IMG/VR virus record: IMGVR_UViG_3300046616_000603
Location: 6,376-70,375 of that record
Strand: one strand, 5' to 3'
Length of the DNA stretch: 64,000 nt
Source: a virus
Shown here: piece after piece, positions 1 to 10,234 of the stretch
How the letters are laid out: each line of letters begins with the position of its first letter
How positions within the stretch are numbered: position 1 is the first letter of the stretch
Translations under genes and position numbers: made by a program
The notes under the pieces: model-generated
What the model saw: the letters and a program-made list of their open reading frames with translations, nothing else
The model's database searches: none
What the model was told of the DNA's origin: nothing

Positions 1-107
1 TGAAAACATTAATTGAGTTTTTTGGACCCTGGTACATTCGCCTTTGTGGCTGTATTGCTGCCGGCATACTCTGGGTTGCCGGCTACAACTTAATTTCATG
101 GGGCGCC

Positions 108-626
108 GTGGAGGGCACCACTTGGGCCGCTTGGATACAAGCAGTTGGCTCGATTGCAGCAATAATCGTGGCCGTTGTCGTCATGAACACTCAACATTCG
201 AGGGATCGACGCCAAGAGCAACTGCGAGCGCTTGAGCGCGAGATAAATTTCGCGCTCTCAGTCGAAAGCTTTGCCGGCCGTCTTGCTTCAGCTCAGCGCA
301 ACCTCGCGGCTGCGGCCAAGTCCAATCAAATGAACAAAACGGCGATGACCTACCAGATCTCTGCTTTTGCAGCGCTTTCGCGCATAGGCGACGCGATTCC
401 AAGTTGGGAAGCAGGCGAGGTAGTCGCAACATATCTCTTATCCCTACAGCAGAATTGCCATACCACTGCCGCCATTGTTGACACCGCTGCTATAGACCCA
501 CCAGACGACCTAGCCTTCTTCGCTGAGTCGCTAGACGCTTGGGCGAAAAAATCCGAGGACATCGCCCTGCAAGTTAATCGCCATCGGGTAATTAAGTTCG
601 TGGAGAGGTCACGCCAACTGCGCTGA
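108..626 (+). CDS. Hypothetical membrane protein (cargo gene antisense to the left operon)
   Basis: 172 aa ORF with N-terminal TM WAAWIQAVGSIAAIIVAVVV; convergent on rdgC. Confidence 0.7.
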   Translation: MEGTTWAAWIQAVGSIAAIIVAVVVMNTQHSRDRRQEQLRALEREINFALSVESFAGRLASAQRNLAAAAKSNQMNKTAMTYQISAFAALSRIGDAIPSWEAGEVVATYLLSLQQNCHTTAAIVDTAAIDPPDDLAFFAESLDAWAKKSEDIALQVNRHRVIKFVERSRQLR

Positions 627-657
627 CACGATCTGACGCTGCGCGAGCAGAACATAT

Positions 658-2127
658 TTACCTCAGCACCTCGCGATATCCGTTCGACTGCATCGGTCCG
701 ACCGCTGAGCCCTCCATCGCCTCCAGCAGACGCGCCGCGCGGTTGTAGCCGATCTTCAGGTGGCGCTGTACCAGCGAGATCGACGCGCGCTGGTTGGAGC
801 GCACCACTGCGACGGCCGTCTCATATAGCGGGTCGGTGGCGCTGCCGTCGCCGGCTGGGACCGCCACATGGCCGACTCCGTCTACGCACGTCGAACTGCG
901 CTGCTCGCGCACTGGCTCGTCGCCCTTGGCTGGCGGCAGGCTCGGCTCGATAATTTCGATGGCCGCTACAAGTAGCAGTTGCTGGGACTGCGAGCCGGAC
1001 GGCAGGGCCTTGGCCAAGGCCAGCGCTGCCTCAACGGCCCCTACACTGTTGGCAACCATGTGTTCGCGCACTCGCCCGATCACCGGCTGAATGGTTTGGT
1101 CATACAGTTCGTTCAGCACGGCGCGGTGCATGTCGCGCGTCTTGTACATTTCGGCCGTCAAGCGGATGGCGCGCTCGACCTTCTGCTGGCCGGCGGCGCT
1201 GTGCTCGACGGCCGCACGTTGCACTTCAATGCCATCTGCTTCACCGCCCAGCGCTTCCACCAGGTCGGCCAGCAGATTGCCCAGTTCTCCGGCCATCAGC
1301 GCGAAGTCGCCATCGAAGCGCTCTTCGTCGTTGCGGCTGGTGATCTCGCGCTCGGTCAGCACGTCCAGCGGCTTGATCGATTTCACGGCCAGGCTCTCGT
1401 CCAGCACGAAGCTGATCTTGCTGTCCCACGTCATGGCCAAGCGCGTGCACTGCTTGCCGGCCTTGATGTGGCGGCGCACGTCGTCAGGATCTAGCGTGTG
1501 CTTTCTGTAGGCTACCTGCGCCTTGCTTTCGCCGGTGGCGCGCAGCGTGGCGTCCTGGTCGACCGTGAAGCCGGCCGGCGCTTCGTCGGTGGCCAGCCAT
1601 TCGGTCATCACGCCCACAGGCGAGCGCTGCACGCGCAGGCTTTCCAGCGGCATGCGGTCGACCGCCTTCAGCAGCAGTTTGATCGCCTCGTCGGCCTTGG
1701 CCGGGCTGGCCGCGTCGACCACCAGCCAACCGTTGACCGGGTCGATCCACACCGGCGTGGTGGACTGGATACTGAACGCGCGCGGCAGCAGCTCGTCGGC
1801 CACGCGCTCTTTCAGTTCCTTCATGGCCTTCTTGCCGGGCGCGAAGCCCTGGGCTTCCTCCATCTCGGCCGCGCGGGCCTTCGCCACCTGGTTGATGACG
1901 GTATTTGGGAGCAGCTTCTTTTCCGTGCGCAGGAACAGCAGCATCTGCTTGTTGACGGCGTGCACAAGGCCACCGGCCGGGCGCGGCGCGTCCCAGCCTT
2001 GACGCAGCAGTTCGTTGCTGCTCGGTGGCGTGAAGGCCTGTGGCGCAAGCATGCTGGCCAGCGCATCGGCGGTCATCGCCCAGTTTTGCGGCAGGCGGTA
2101 CACCTGCAAATTCTTGAAAAACATCAT
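658..2127 (-). CDS. rdgC: Recombination-associated protein RdgC fused to a C-terminal FtsK-gamma-like winged helix
   Basis: N-term [34 protein letters not shown]; C-term DPLYETAV...[25 protein letters not shown]. Confidence 0.9.
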   Translation of the reverse strand: MMFFKNLQVYRLPQNWAMTADALASMLAPQAFTPPSSNELLRQGWDAPRPAGGLVHAVNKQMLLFLRTEKKLLPNTVINQVAKARAAEMEEAQGFAPGKKAMKELKERVADELLPRAFSIQSTTPVWIDPVNGWLVVDAASPAKADEAIKLLLKAVDRMPLESLRVQRSPVGVMTEWLATDEAPAGFTVDQDATLRATGESKAQVAYRKHTLDPDDVRRHIKAGKQCTRLAMTWDSKISFVLDESLAVKSIKPLDVLTEREITSRNDEERFDGDFALMAGELGNLLADLVEALGGEADGIEVQRAAVEHSAAGQQKVERAIRLTAEMYKTRDMHRAVLNELYDQTIQPVIGRVREHMVANSVGAVEAALALAKALPSGSQSQQLLLVAAIEIIEPSLPPAKGDEPVREQRSSTCVDGVGHVAVPAGDGSATDPLYETAVAVVRSNQRASISLVQRHLKIGYNRAARLLEAMEGSAVGPMQSNGYREVLR

Positions 2128-2134
2128 TCCTCCT

Positions 2135-2596
2135 TCAGCCTCGCGCTGGCGGTTCGTGAAACTCGACGCCCATCTGGCCGCCGAATGCGTGTATCTGTTC
2201 CATGTACTGGGCGAAGCCCTTGACCGTCAGGTCTGTGGTGCTCCCTACCAGAACGGGGTGGCCGCCCGGGTCGTAGTCCCATTTCCGGTATTGCTCGTCC
2301 CGGCACAGCTCGGGGTCGTAGGCATCCGGCAAAAACTGCTGCTTGAAGTACTCGTGCCAGATTTCGGCGGTGTACTGCCGCTGATCGGCCCACACCTGTT
2401 CGGCAATATCCTTTAGTGGTCCGGCCCACATGCGGGCGTTCTGGTCGAGCTTCCGTCCTTTCACTTCCTCGCGCACCAACACTTCCAGCGGGCGCTCTGC
2501 ATCGAGCGGCACGTTGCGGAGAAGGGCGATGGCGCGGTCGACCTGCTCTTGGCCGCGCAGCAGCAACTTGCGTTGTTCGAACTTCGGGCGGGTCAA
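2135..2596 (-). CDS. NinB/Orf-family recombination protein
   Basis: [21 protein letters not shown]...[10 protein letters not shown]...[22 protein letters not shown]; TTG start inferred. Confidence 0.75.
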   Translation of the reverse strand: MTRPKFEQRKLLLRGQEQVDRAIALLRNVPLDAERPLEVLVREEVKGRKLDQNARMWAGPLKDIAEQVWADQRQYTAEIWHEYFKQQFLPDAYDPELCRDEQYRKWDYDPGGHPVLVGSTTDLTVKGFAQYMEQIHAFGGQMGVEFHEPPARG

Positions 2597-2778
2597 GGTG
2601 GTGTCTCCAGCTTCACCGCTACGGTCTTGTACAGCTCGGGCGCGACAGCGCGTATCTCCTTGACGGTCAGTCCCTTGATGGTGACGAAGCTGCCGTTGGG
2701 CCGATGTAGCACGACGCCGCGTGCGCCAGTTGCGCCTTCCAGGTCGCCTACCTCGATGATCTCGCCGGTGATGATCAT
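2593..2778 (-). CDS. Hypothetical phage protein
   Basis: 61 aa ORF with GGAGA RBS, overlap-coupled to neighbours. Confidence 0.55.
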   Translation of the reverse strand: MIITGEIIEVGDLEGATGARGVVLHRPNGSFVTIKGLTVKEIRAVAPELYKTVAVKLETPP

Positions 2779-3143
2779 GATTTTCTCCATTCGCCATTGA
2801 CGAGGCGGAACGAGGTGATGTCGCGGTCTGCCGATGCGGCGTGATGGCCCCAAGAGTAATGACCCGCCACCACGTTGGTTTCGATGATTCCGCAAGCCCG
2901 CGAGATATCAACTATGGCGTCTGGCTCGACCGGCGATGGGCCGCCATTCCAAACGATCCAGCCACCCTCACCAGGCTCCAGTTCGACGCGACGGATTGCC
3001 TCGCGCAGATCGTCCATGACCTGTTCTGACTGCTCGTAATGACTGTAGTTGTGGTGGTCGTGCAATGCAGCCTTGGCAGCGCGCAGCAGGTTGTCACGTG
3101 GGGATAGCGACGTGACGTCGATAACTGAGAATTTTTCGTTCAT
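2775..3143 (-). CDS. Hypothetical phage protein
   Basis: MNEKFSVIDV...GWIVWNGGPSPVEPDAIVDI; ATGA-coupled. Confidence 0.6.
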   Translation of the reverse strand: MNEKFSVIDVTSLSPRDNLLRAAKAALHDHHNYSHYEQSEQVMDDLREAIRRVELEPGEGGWIVWNGGPSPVEPDAIVDISRACGIIETNVVAGHYSWGHHAASADRDITSFRLVNGEWRKS

Positions 3144-3391
3144 GCTGGAACCGCCTTCGCTGGCGTCACTCGCTCCAGCAGATAGCAGCCGCTGATACCC
3201 TTGAGCCAGATTACCGCGCTGTGGCCGCTCAGCACCTGAGCTTCGCTCGTGGTGATGGTCTCGCGAACTTCGCCGCCGTCCAACTGCATGCTGACGGCCG
3301 TGCCGACAGGGTTGGCCGCATTGAACTTGTCGCACGCGGCTTGCAGCTGCGCGCTCGCTTGCGCGAGGCGGCGGGCGACGTAGCTGCTCAT
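3140..3391 (-). CDS. Hypothetical phage protein
   Basis: 83 aa, FNAANPVGTAV...SEAQVLSGHSAVIWLKGISGCY; coupled. Confidence 0.65.
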   Translation of the reverse strand: MSSYVARRLAQASAQLQAACDKFNAANPVGTAVSMQLDGGEVRETITTSEAQVLSGHSAVIWLKGISGCYLLERVTPAKAVPA

Positions 3392-4140
3392 GCTGCACCG
3401 CCCAGGTCAGCCACGCTGATCACGATGCCACGGCAGTAGGGGCCGCCGACGCCGGTGACGTCGAACGTTGCGTGGGGGATGCTGGTGCGATAGGTCCAGG
3501 TGTAGTCGCCTTCCTCGCAAGAGAGCGCTTCGACCTTGTGGGCCAGCGGCTCACGAGCGAAGAAATCCTTGAGCTCGTCGTCACCCTCTATGTTTTCGCG
3601 GTCCGGCAGCAGCCCTTTTGCGTCGATCAGCGCGGTGCCGCCGTCGTAGCAGCTGAACTCGTCATTGATGGCGCCGCGCAGCTCCATCAGGTCATCGCTG
3701 GCGCCGAAGATCACCACCAGGCCGGCCGCCTTCGCCTGAGCCTGCTCTTCGTCGGTCAGGTCGAACGGGTATTCGCGGCCGCTGAGCGCCACTGCCAGCA
3801 GTTCTTTGGTCAGCGCGGGCGCGGCGACCGATTCGGCCAGAGACTCCACGACCGGCGCCGGCGCGGTGTGGTTGAACAGCGCCTGGTCGACCTTCGAGTA
3901 AGGGAACAGGGCGGGGTCCTTCTTGATGCGCTGGATGAAGAACGAGCCCTGCGACTCGGCGCCGAGGAATTCGGCGAACATGTCGGCGCTGACGCCTTCG
4001 TAGTGGTAAATGTCGCTCAGGCCGGTCGACTTCTTCGGGTGGAACTGGATGGCCAGCAGGTTCAGCTCGGGCACGTGGCCGATGGCGGCGAACTGGCTGG
4101 ACTCGACTTTGTGCATGGTGATGGTTGGGATGGCGCTCAT
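3388..4140 (-). CDS. KTSC-domain protein with a second C-terminal domain
   Basis: VESSQFAAIGH...IYHYEGVSADMFAEFLGAESQGSFF resembles KTSC. Confidence 0.75.
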   Translation of the reverse strand: MSAIPTITMHKVESSQFAAIGHVPELNLLAIQFHPKKSTGLSDIYHYEGVSADMFAEFLGAESQGSFFIQRIKKDPALFPYSKVDQALFNHTAPAPVVESLAESVAAPALTKELLAVALSGREYPFDLTDEEQAQAKAAGLVVIFGASDDLMELRGAINDEFSCYDGGTALIDAKGLLPDRENIEGDDELKDFFAREPLAHKVEALSCEEGDYTWTYRTSIPHATFDVTGVGGPYCRGIVISVADLGGAA

Positions 4141-4164
4141 GGTGTTCTCCGTGGTGGTTGGTGG

Positions 4165-6042
4165 TTATGCTGCGAATTTGGCCTGTGCTGCGCTGACGTG
4201 GCGGGCGATGGCTGCGCACATGCGCGGGAAGTCTGCCTCGTGGTACAGCTTCGATGCGCGGTCGGTGGCGGCTGGCTCGAAGCCGAGCGCACGCAAGCCG
4301 TCGACGGTGATGGCCAGCGGTGCAATGCGCTCGTTGATCTGCCCCAACTTGAGCGTCGGCAGCGCGTCTGGCGCGGCGGCGGGCCAGCTGAACAGGTCGC
4401 CGCCGGGCGCAGGCGCTGCTGCAACCTGCGCGTCTGCCAAGTCGCTCAGGCGCGCCTGCTCGGCCAGGGCGTTGGCCTGTGCGATTGCGGCGGCAGCCGT
4501 GGTCGGGCGCTCTGCGTGGGCGGCCTGCTGCGCGCGCTGCTCATCAGCTTTGCGCTGGGCGGCGATCTGTGCGGCCTGCGCTTCCAGTTGACGCTTCGTC
4601 TCGGCGGCGACGCGAGCTTGTTCGGCGGCCTGGCGTTCGGCGTCCGCTTTGCGCTCGGCAGCCAGTTTTTCAGCGGCTGCCGCTTCAGCCTTCGCACGCT
4701 CCTGTTCCTCGATCTGCTTGCGCAGCGCTTCGGCCTTGGCCGCTTCCGCGCGCTTGTGTTCGTCGATGCGGGTGCGCACCACCAGTTGGAAGTCGTCGTA
4801 GGCCTTAGCCATGATCTGCTGCAGGTCGCGGAACAGACCGGCGTGGTCGCCAACGTTTGCGTTGTACCAGACCAGCTTCGCGCGCATGTCGGCTGCCGCC
4901 TGATTGGCGGAAACCTTCGCGTTGGCCAGCGTGGTGTTGACGGCGTTGTGAAGGCTGGCCAGCGTGCGCAGACCCTTCACGGCGCCGGCGAAGTCAGGTT
5001 GCTGCAGCTGCAGGCGGATCGGCGCAATCTCGGCTTCCAGCGCGGCGACGTGGTCGATGTATTCGCGGCGGCCTTCATTCAGGATGGTTTCCTTGATCTG
5101 CTCTTTGCGGATTTTGACCAGCCTTTCCAGTTCCAGGCGCTTGGCACGGAACTGGGCCTTGATGTGGTCGACCGTGCGCAGCACTTCGTCGATGGTCGAG
5201 GTCTGGGCCAGCGCGGCGGCCTTGGCCAGTTCCAGTTTCTGCTCCGCTTCGCCGCAGAACTTGACGTTGTATTCAGCGTCCGCGAAGTCCTGATCATCCT
5301 GCAAGTCGGTCTTGATGGTGGCGAGGAACTTATCGGCCGCCTTTTGGTAGGCCACCAGGTTGCTGCTGACGACCTTTCCCTCGGTCTGCACGACCAGCGC
5401 GGGCAGGGCGGCGGCCGGCGCAGCTTCTGGCTTCACGGCGTGGTCGACCTGCGTGTAGTTCGCCACGTCGGCGTCGAACTGCTCCCAACCGGCGATGATG
5501 CGATCAAACCAGGCGGTGTCGGGGTAGACCCACATCCAGACCATGTTGTCAGGCGTGCCGTCGGAGGTCATAAACATCCACTTCTCGGCACCGGAGATCA
5601 TCAGCTGTTGCTGAACCTGCGGCGCGTGTTCATCCGGCAGCACGCCGGCGGCGATGGACGCGGCCAACTCCGCATTCCATTGCTTGTGCTCGAAGCCGAT
5701 GGTCTCGGCCATATTCAGGCCGTCGCAGGAGGCGCTGAGACGGCCTAGCGACAACGTGACCGGGTAAAGGTCGTCGCCGATGATGCGTTCGGCGTGCGGG
5801 CGCGCCATCGCTTCGACCTCGTGGCCGTAGTCGAGGATGTTCTCTTGTACCCAGTCGCTGAACTCCTTGGCGAGGCCGGTGGCCTTCATGCGTACCAGTT
5901 CGTCGCGTGTTACCTTCTTCGACAGGCCCAGCGCGGCAGCGGCCTCGCTCGCTCCGTTGTGATTGAAGCGGAAGCCGTGCCAGTCATCACTTCCTTGCAG
6001 CAGGTCGTGGATTTCGCGGGCTAGTATATTTTCGCGCAGCAT
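4165..6042 (-). CDS. YqaJ-like viral recombinase/exonuclease with long coiled-coil C-terminus
   Basis: QGSDDWHGFR, GASEAAAALG, LSASCDGL, FEHK, QVQQQL motifs; adjacent to RecT. Confidence 0.85.
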   Translation of the reverse strand: MLRENILAREIHDLLQGSDDWHGFRFNHNGASEAAAALGLSKKVTRDELVRMKATGLAKEFSDWVQENILDYGHEVEAMARPHAERIIGDDLYPVTLSLGRLSASCDGLNMAETIGFEHKQWNAELAASIAAGVLPDEHAPQVQQQLMISGAEKWMFMTSDGTPDNMVWMWVYPDTAWFDRIIAGWEQFDADVANYTQVDHAVKPEAAPAAALPALVVQTEGKVVSSNLVAYQKAADKFLATIKTDLQDDQDFADAEYNVKFCGEAEQKLELAKAAALAQTSTIDEVLRTVDHIKAQFRAKRLELERLVKIRKEQIKETILNEGRREYIDHVAALEAEIAPIRLQLQQPDFAGAVKGLRTLASLHNAVNTTLANAKVSANQAAADMRAKLVWYNANVGDHAGLFRDLQQIMAKAYDDFQLVVRTRIDEHKRAEAAKAEALRKQIEEQERAKAEAAAAEKLAAERKADAERQAAEQARVAAETKRQLEAQAAQIAAQRKADEQRAQQAAHAERPTTAAAAIAQANALAEQARLSDLADAQVAAAPAPGGDLFSWPAAAPDALPTLKLGQINERIAPLAITVDGLRALGFEPAATDRASKLYHEADFPRMCAAIARHVSAAQAKFAA

Positions 6043-6072
6043 GATCGTTTCCTTGTTCGTGTTGTTGGTGGA

Positions 6073-6963
6073 TTACTCGGTTTCGTGCGCCCAGCTGTCG
6101 ATGGTCAGCTTTTGCGTTTCGGTGAAGGTGGCGCGGGTGCTCAAGAACGCGATCAGCTGCGCTGGCGTCTTCTTCTTACTGAGGATGATCTGGCGCCACT
6201 CGGGGGACTTTTCCTTGAACAGCTCGTCGGTGCATTCAGGGAGCAGTCCGTCGCCTTGTGGCGTCGCGTCGCCAGCCGCCTGCGGAGTGATGTCGACCGG
6301 CTCGCGGTAGTCTTGTTCCAGTTCGTCCGGTGTGTAGACGCCGAGGATGATGCCCGGGGCGTACTGGCGCGCCCATTTCTTCACGGCGAGGTAGCCCAGC
6401 TGCTGCTTCGGATCGTCCGCCCACAGGGTCGAATTGCGGGTGCGCGCTTGGGCCAGCAGGAGGTCTAGTACTTTGACCTTGCCTGTGGCGCGGATGGTCG
6501 CGGTCACGCGCACGCCGCAGCCGATTTCGTCCGACAGGTGCCAGCCTGGCACGCGGTATTCGCCCTTCTCGCCTTTTTTGATATCGAACTTGCCGATCAC
6601 GTTTTCCCACGGACCGTAGTATTCGTAGTCGAAGTCGTCGCGGGTGAGGATGCCGGAATTGGTGATCGCCGCGTGAACCAGTTGGCTCTCATAGCCGATG
6701 TTGCCGTTGATGAAGTGGGTCTTCTGCGCCACGGCGAACGGATTCATCTGCCAGGCGATCGACTGCATGACCACGGCGAGGCAGTCGCCCGGGGAGTTGC
6801 GGTAGGCCTGGGGTAGCGTCACCTTGCCGGTAGCCATGATGTCCGCCAGGCGGATCATGCTGTCCATATGCGCGACGTCGAGGATCATCTGGCCGGTGCT
6901 CATTGGCGCGGACGAGGGAGCCAGCTGCATTGCGTTTTGCGATTCGCGGGTTACTGCATTCAT
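6073..6963 (-). CDS. recT: RecT-family single-strand annealing protein
   Basis: GDCLAVVMQSIAWQMNPFAVAQKTH, WADDPKQQLGYLAVKKWARQYAPGIILGVYTPDE. Confidence 0.85.
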   Translation of the reverse strand: MNAVTRESQNAMQLAPSSAPMSTGQMILDVAHMDSMIRLADIMATGKVTLPQAYRNSPGDCLAVVMQSIAWQMNPFAVAQKTHFINGNIGYESQLVHAAITNSGILTRDDFDYEYYGPWENVIGKFDIKKGEKGEYRVPGWHLSDEIGCGVRVTATIRATGKVKVLDLLLAQARTRNSTLWADDPKQQLGYLAVKKWARQYAPGIILGVYTPDELEQDYREPVDITPQAAGDATPQGDGLLPECTDELFKEKSPEWRQIILSKKKTPAQLIAFLSTRATFTETQKLTIDSWAHETE

Positions 6964-7091
6964 CGTATTCTCCGGTTCAAGTTGTTGACTTCGCTATTCA
7001 GCAGCGCCAGACGCAGCGCATGTGCAGGGCGGTGGCCGGCGCGCAGGTTGCGCAAGGTAGCGCTGGCCAGCGTGGCGAGTGCAGATCTCAT
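6960..7091 (-). CDS. Small hypothetical protein (43 aa)
   Basis: MRSALATLASATLRNLRAG...; ATGA-coupled at both ends. Confidence 0.45.
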   Translation of the reverse strand: MRSALATLASATLRNLRAGHRPAHALRLALLNSEVNNLNRRIR

Positions 7092-7222
7092 CGATCCACC
7101 CTTGCCGTCGAAATCGCGCGCTCGCGCTCCGCCGCTTCCTCATCGGCCTGTTGCAGGTAGGCGTAGGCGAAACCGATCACCATGCAAAGCACGGCGATGG
7201 TCAGGATTTCACGCAGTTTCAT
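7088..7222 (-). CDS. Small membrane protein (44 aa)
   Basis: MKLREILTIAVLCMVIGFAYAYLQQ; GGAG RBS; coupled to next gene. Confidence 0.55.
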   Translation of the reverse strand: MKLREILTIAVLCMVIGFAYAYLQQADEEAAERERAISTARVDR

Positions 7223-7475
7223 TTGCATCTCCAGAACGTTCGCGGTGAACCTGCTGGCGATCACGGCGGCGCTGGATCATTGCGCGCACCAGGTGTTCGC
7301 GCTCGGCTGGTGCCTTCCCGAGGCCTTCCAGCGCAAGCTCGTAGAAGCGCAGCTCGCGGTTGGTGATGTTCAGCGCCGCGCCCTCGCTGATCTTGGCGAT
7401 GCGGCGCAGTGCTTTCTCCATCTGCGTCAGCTCGGCGGCCAGCATGCCCATCAGCGGGCGGTCTGGGGCGCTCAA
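7209..7475 (-). CDS. Hypothetical phage protein
   Basis: TTG start overlapping the upstream stop; 88 aa. Confidence 0.5.
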   Translation of the reverse strand: MSAPDRPLMGMLAAELTQMEKALRRIAKISEGAALNITNRELRFYELALEGLGKAPAEREHLVRAMIQRRRDRQQVHRERSGDANETA

Positions 7476-7825
7476 GGCCGCACCACGATCGTTACACCCA
7501 TCGCTCCGGCGTCGTACGCGGCATCCTGCAGCTTGGCGGCGTCGCCGATGGCGGTGTAGCTGCGTGCGCCGGCAGCGGTGCGCTCGGTGACGGTGTAGGT
7601 CATGCCGAACTCGCGGGCCGCCAGCTGCGGCGCGACGCTGTTGCGGCCACGGCCGGAGATTTCGTAGCGGCTCACGTGGCTGCCGGCTGGCGCAGCGTCC
7701 GGCGCGTCCAGGTTGCCGGTCATCAGCGATTCGGTGAGGCCCGAGTCCTGGTAGGAGAAGGCGAGAGCGGCAAACACGGCGAGGCGCGAGCCACGGCCAG
7801 CGGTGATGTGAGCGACGTTGTTCAT
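7472..7825 (-). CDS. Hypothetical phage protein
   Basis: MNNVAHITAG...; ATGA-coupled. Confidence 0.55.
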   Translation of the reverse strand: MNNVAHITAGRGSRLAVFAALAFSYQDSGLTESLMTGNLDAPDAAPAGSHVSRYEISGRGRNSVAPQLAAREFGMTYTVTERTAAGARSYTAIGDAAKLQDAAYDAGAMGVTIVVRP

Positions 7826-8115
7826 GCGGCACCTGCTGATTTGAGAGCGGCGAGCCGCTCGTGGTAACGGGTCATGCCGTCGGGCGAGACACCCTCGGCT
7901 TCCAACTGCTTTGCGCACGCCACTTTCTGGTCGATCGTCATGGCGCCCAGCATCACGCCGATGATGCGATGTGCGTAGAGCAGTTCCTTCGCGGTGGCGT
8001 CGCGCGGCACCGGCCGGGCGCCGGCGAGGTGCGCGGCAGCGCTTGCGGCCGGCACGCCTGCATTCGCAGCAGCGCGAGCGATCTGTGCCTTGGACATGGT
8101 GCTGAGGCGCTTCAT
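7822..8115 (-). CDS. Hypothetical phage protein
   Basis: 97 aa; coupled at both ends. Confidence 0.6.
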   Translation of the reverse strand: MKRLSTMSKAQIARAAANAGVPAASAAAHLAGARPVPRDATAKELLYAHRIIGVMLGAMTIDQKVACAKQLEAEGVSPDGMTRYHERLAALKSAGAA

Positions 8116-8666
8116 GCCACCACTCCCGGCGCGGCGCGCTTAAATGCCCACGGCTCGACCTTGAAGGTAGGGATGGTTTCACCATCAACGACCGGCTCAA
8201 GGATGATGCTGGTGTCCGAGACATTGGGGCCCTCGAAGAAAAGCACGCTGGTGTCGCGCCCAAAGAAAATCGAATGAACTTCGTCGGCCGTCATGGAGTA
8301 CTCGTCGCCCTCGATATGGGTATCGGTACGGAATCCATAGCGCGCCATCCCGCCCTGCTGCACGCAGTACTTGCCAATGTCGCCGCCGTACTTCAATTCT
8401 GAAATGCGGAAAAGGTCGCCGCTCGCCTCATTCCCTGCCGGCAGCCAGATCCGATTGCGCACAGTGCCGGCCAAGACGATGCAGTGAAAATCGAAGCGGT
8501 GCGAATGCGGGATGATCGGCTCCTGGTGTTCACGCGTCGATTCCATGAGGCGCACTAGACCGTGTTCGCCGGGCGTGCCGATCAACCAGCTGGTCAATCC
8601 CGGGATGCCGCCGTAGTTTTTTACCGGCGAGTGCTTCATGGCCGGCAGGAATTTCAAGAGTTCCAT
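8112..8666 (-). CDS. Cupin-like metal-binding protein
   Basis: IPHSHRFDFHCIVLAG plus distal EVHSI; GGGAG RBS. Confidence 0.6.
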   Translation of the reverse strand: MELLKFLPAMKHSPVKNYGGIPGLTSWLIGTPGEHGLVRLMESTREHQEPIIPHSHRFDFHCIVLAGTVRNRIWLPAGNEASGDLFRISELKYGGDIGKYCVQQGGMARYGFRTDTHIEGDEYSMTADEVHSIFFGRDTSVLFFEGPNVSDTSIILEPVVDGETIPTFKVEPWAFKRAAPGVVA

Positions 8667-8954
8667 CACTTCTCCCTGTTGACTTCGTTGTTTGGGGAGC
8701 GCGTACGCCGCTCGCTGCGTGTGGTGCAATGCATCGGTTCCGACGGCTTCCCACGTTTTCGCGGCCGCGTACTAGCTGATCTGCGCGCCGGATTACGGTT
8801 GCGCCACATGGCTGCCGGCTGCCCCACCAATCCGCCCACCCGCTTGCACCAGCATTACCTGTGTGGTCTAGGTTCCTCGGCAGTCAGCAGCCATGTGGTT
8901 CCCGCGCTTGCCCGGCGCGGGACGGGTACTACTGGCGGCTTGGGCGCCGTTCGA

Positions 8955-9134
8955 TTACGCTGCGGTCACCTGCGATGGACGGAACGACTTGATGCCGCCG
9001 TTCGCTTCGCCCAGATCGACGTCGTAGAAGACGCCTTTGCCTGCCGGGCGTTCCTGCACAAATTTGCCTTCACTGACCTTGCCGGACTTCGCGCTACGAG
9101 CTTTCACTGCCGCGCCTTTTTTGAATGCAGCCAT
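8955..9134 (-). CDS. Small basic hypothetical protein (59 aa)
   Basis: AAGGAAG RBS; MAAFKKGAAVKARSAKSGK. Confidence 0.6.
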   Translation of the reverse strand: MAAFKKGAAVKARSAKSGKVSEGKFVQERPAGKGVFYDVDLGEANGGIKSFRPSQVTAA

Positions 9135-9289
9135 CTGATACTTCCTTTCGTTGGTTGGTGCCGCGCTGGCCCGGGATGGGTCGACCGCGCGGCTTGGTCG
9201 GGGCATTCAGATCCCACTGGGCGCGGTTCTATCGCCTGGCCACGGCTATCGCTGCGTTGTGCTCCGAGGCAGCGCGCTTCGGGTTCGGA

Positions 9290-9694
9290 TCAAGGCGGCT
9301 CGGCGCCGCAGTTGCGCATCCACATTTGGCGCTCAGCGCGCGCCTCGTCCCGCGACACCAGCTGTAGCGCGTGGGCGCTTGGCATGTGCATGTCGCACCA
9401 GTCGCTCATCTCGCGGAGCTGCTCGCGCGTCAACCACACACTCAGGTCGATCTTGTCGGCTGCGCCACTGAGCGCGACGTGCTCCACTTCGTAGCCGGCG
9501 GAGTCGAGCGTGCCGTACAGGTCGACGCGCAGGCCGTCGTGTTCGTAGCCGAGGCGCAGCAGGCGCGCGGTGGGCGGCACCAGCGGCTGCGTGACTACCA
9601 ACACTGCTTGGAGTGGCTCATCACCTTCGCGCACCGGTGTGGCGATGGTTCCGGCGCGCAGCTGTAGCAGGGCGGCGGAGACTGGGGCGTTCAT
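9290..9694 (-). CDS. Hypothetical phage protein
   Basis: 134 aa ORF in the left operon. Confidence 0.6.
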   Translation of the reverse strand: MNAPVSAALLQLRAGTIATPVREGDEPLQAVLVVTQPLVPPTARLLRLGYEHDGLRVDLYGTLDSAGYEVEHVALSGAADKIDLSVWLTREQLREMSDWCDMHMPSAHALQLVSRDEARAERQMWMRNCGAEPP

Positions 9695-9697
9695 GGA

Positions 9698-9805
9698 TTA
9701 GCCCAGCGTCGCCGGGGTGGCGGCTTGGTTAAAGTCGAAGGCTGGAACAGCATCACCAGCTGCGGCGGCTGCGTCGGTCAGGGCTTTGAGTTCGGCTGCG
9801 GACAT
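9698..9805 (-). CDS. First small ORF of the left operon (35 aa)
   Basis: GGAGA RBS; MSAAELKALTDAAAAAG... Confidence 0.45.
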   Translation of the reverse strand: MSAAELKALTDAAAAAGDAVPAFDFNQAATPATLG

Positions 9806-9843
9806 TTCGTTCTCCATCGGGTTCGGTGCGTCGATGGAGAAAT

Positions 9844-9907
9844 AATAGCAAAGCTATTTTGCGAATGCAATAGCGGTGCTATTAAAAGTTTGCGTAGCGA
9901 TGCTATT
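9844..9907. promoter_or_regulatory. OL: three CI/Cro operators (AATAGC-N3-GCTATT) over the leftward early promoter
   Basis: AATAGCAAAGCTATT 9844, AATAGCGGTGCTATT 9869, CGTAGCGATGCTATT 9893; spacing 25/24 as in OR. Confidence 0.9.
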
Positions 9908-10234
9908 TGTTGACGGATTTATCTCAAACCAGTCAGAAGGGTAGTTGGTTCGGCTCGGCCGGCAGCGCGGCCGGCAGCCAGTCGATCACATCCGTATTGA
10001 TGTGCTTGATGATGTTTGTGGTGTCGAAGTGCGCGAAGCTGCGCCGGAAGCAGTGAGGCTTAAACCGGAGTTAACGAACCTGCAAGCCGGCGGCAATGCC
10101 TGTATTAGAAGAGGGTGGTGGTGGTACTCTTGTGTATCAGCTCGCGCGCCACCCTCGGTTAAGCACGGACTGCTGTTGATGCAATCTTGTAATGAAGTGC
10201 CCATTCCTCAATTTCCAATCGGGAGAAAATTTCA

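Noticed and set aside
3472-5748. Long antisense ORFs (also 17610-19736, 23288-25411, 34612-35964, 36081-37550, 39883-41397, 50004-51686)
   Set aside because: Shadows of well-supported genes in GC-rich DNA, with no motifs or RBS.
6983-8687. Shared 11-mer CGAAGTCAACA (minus strand) before recT and the cupin gene
   Set aside because: Only two short copies, one inside a small ORF; cannot be separated from chance.
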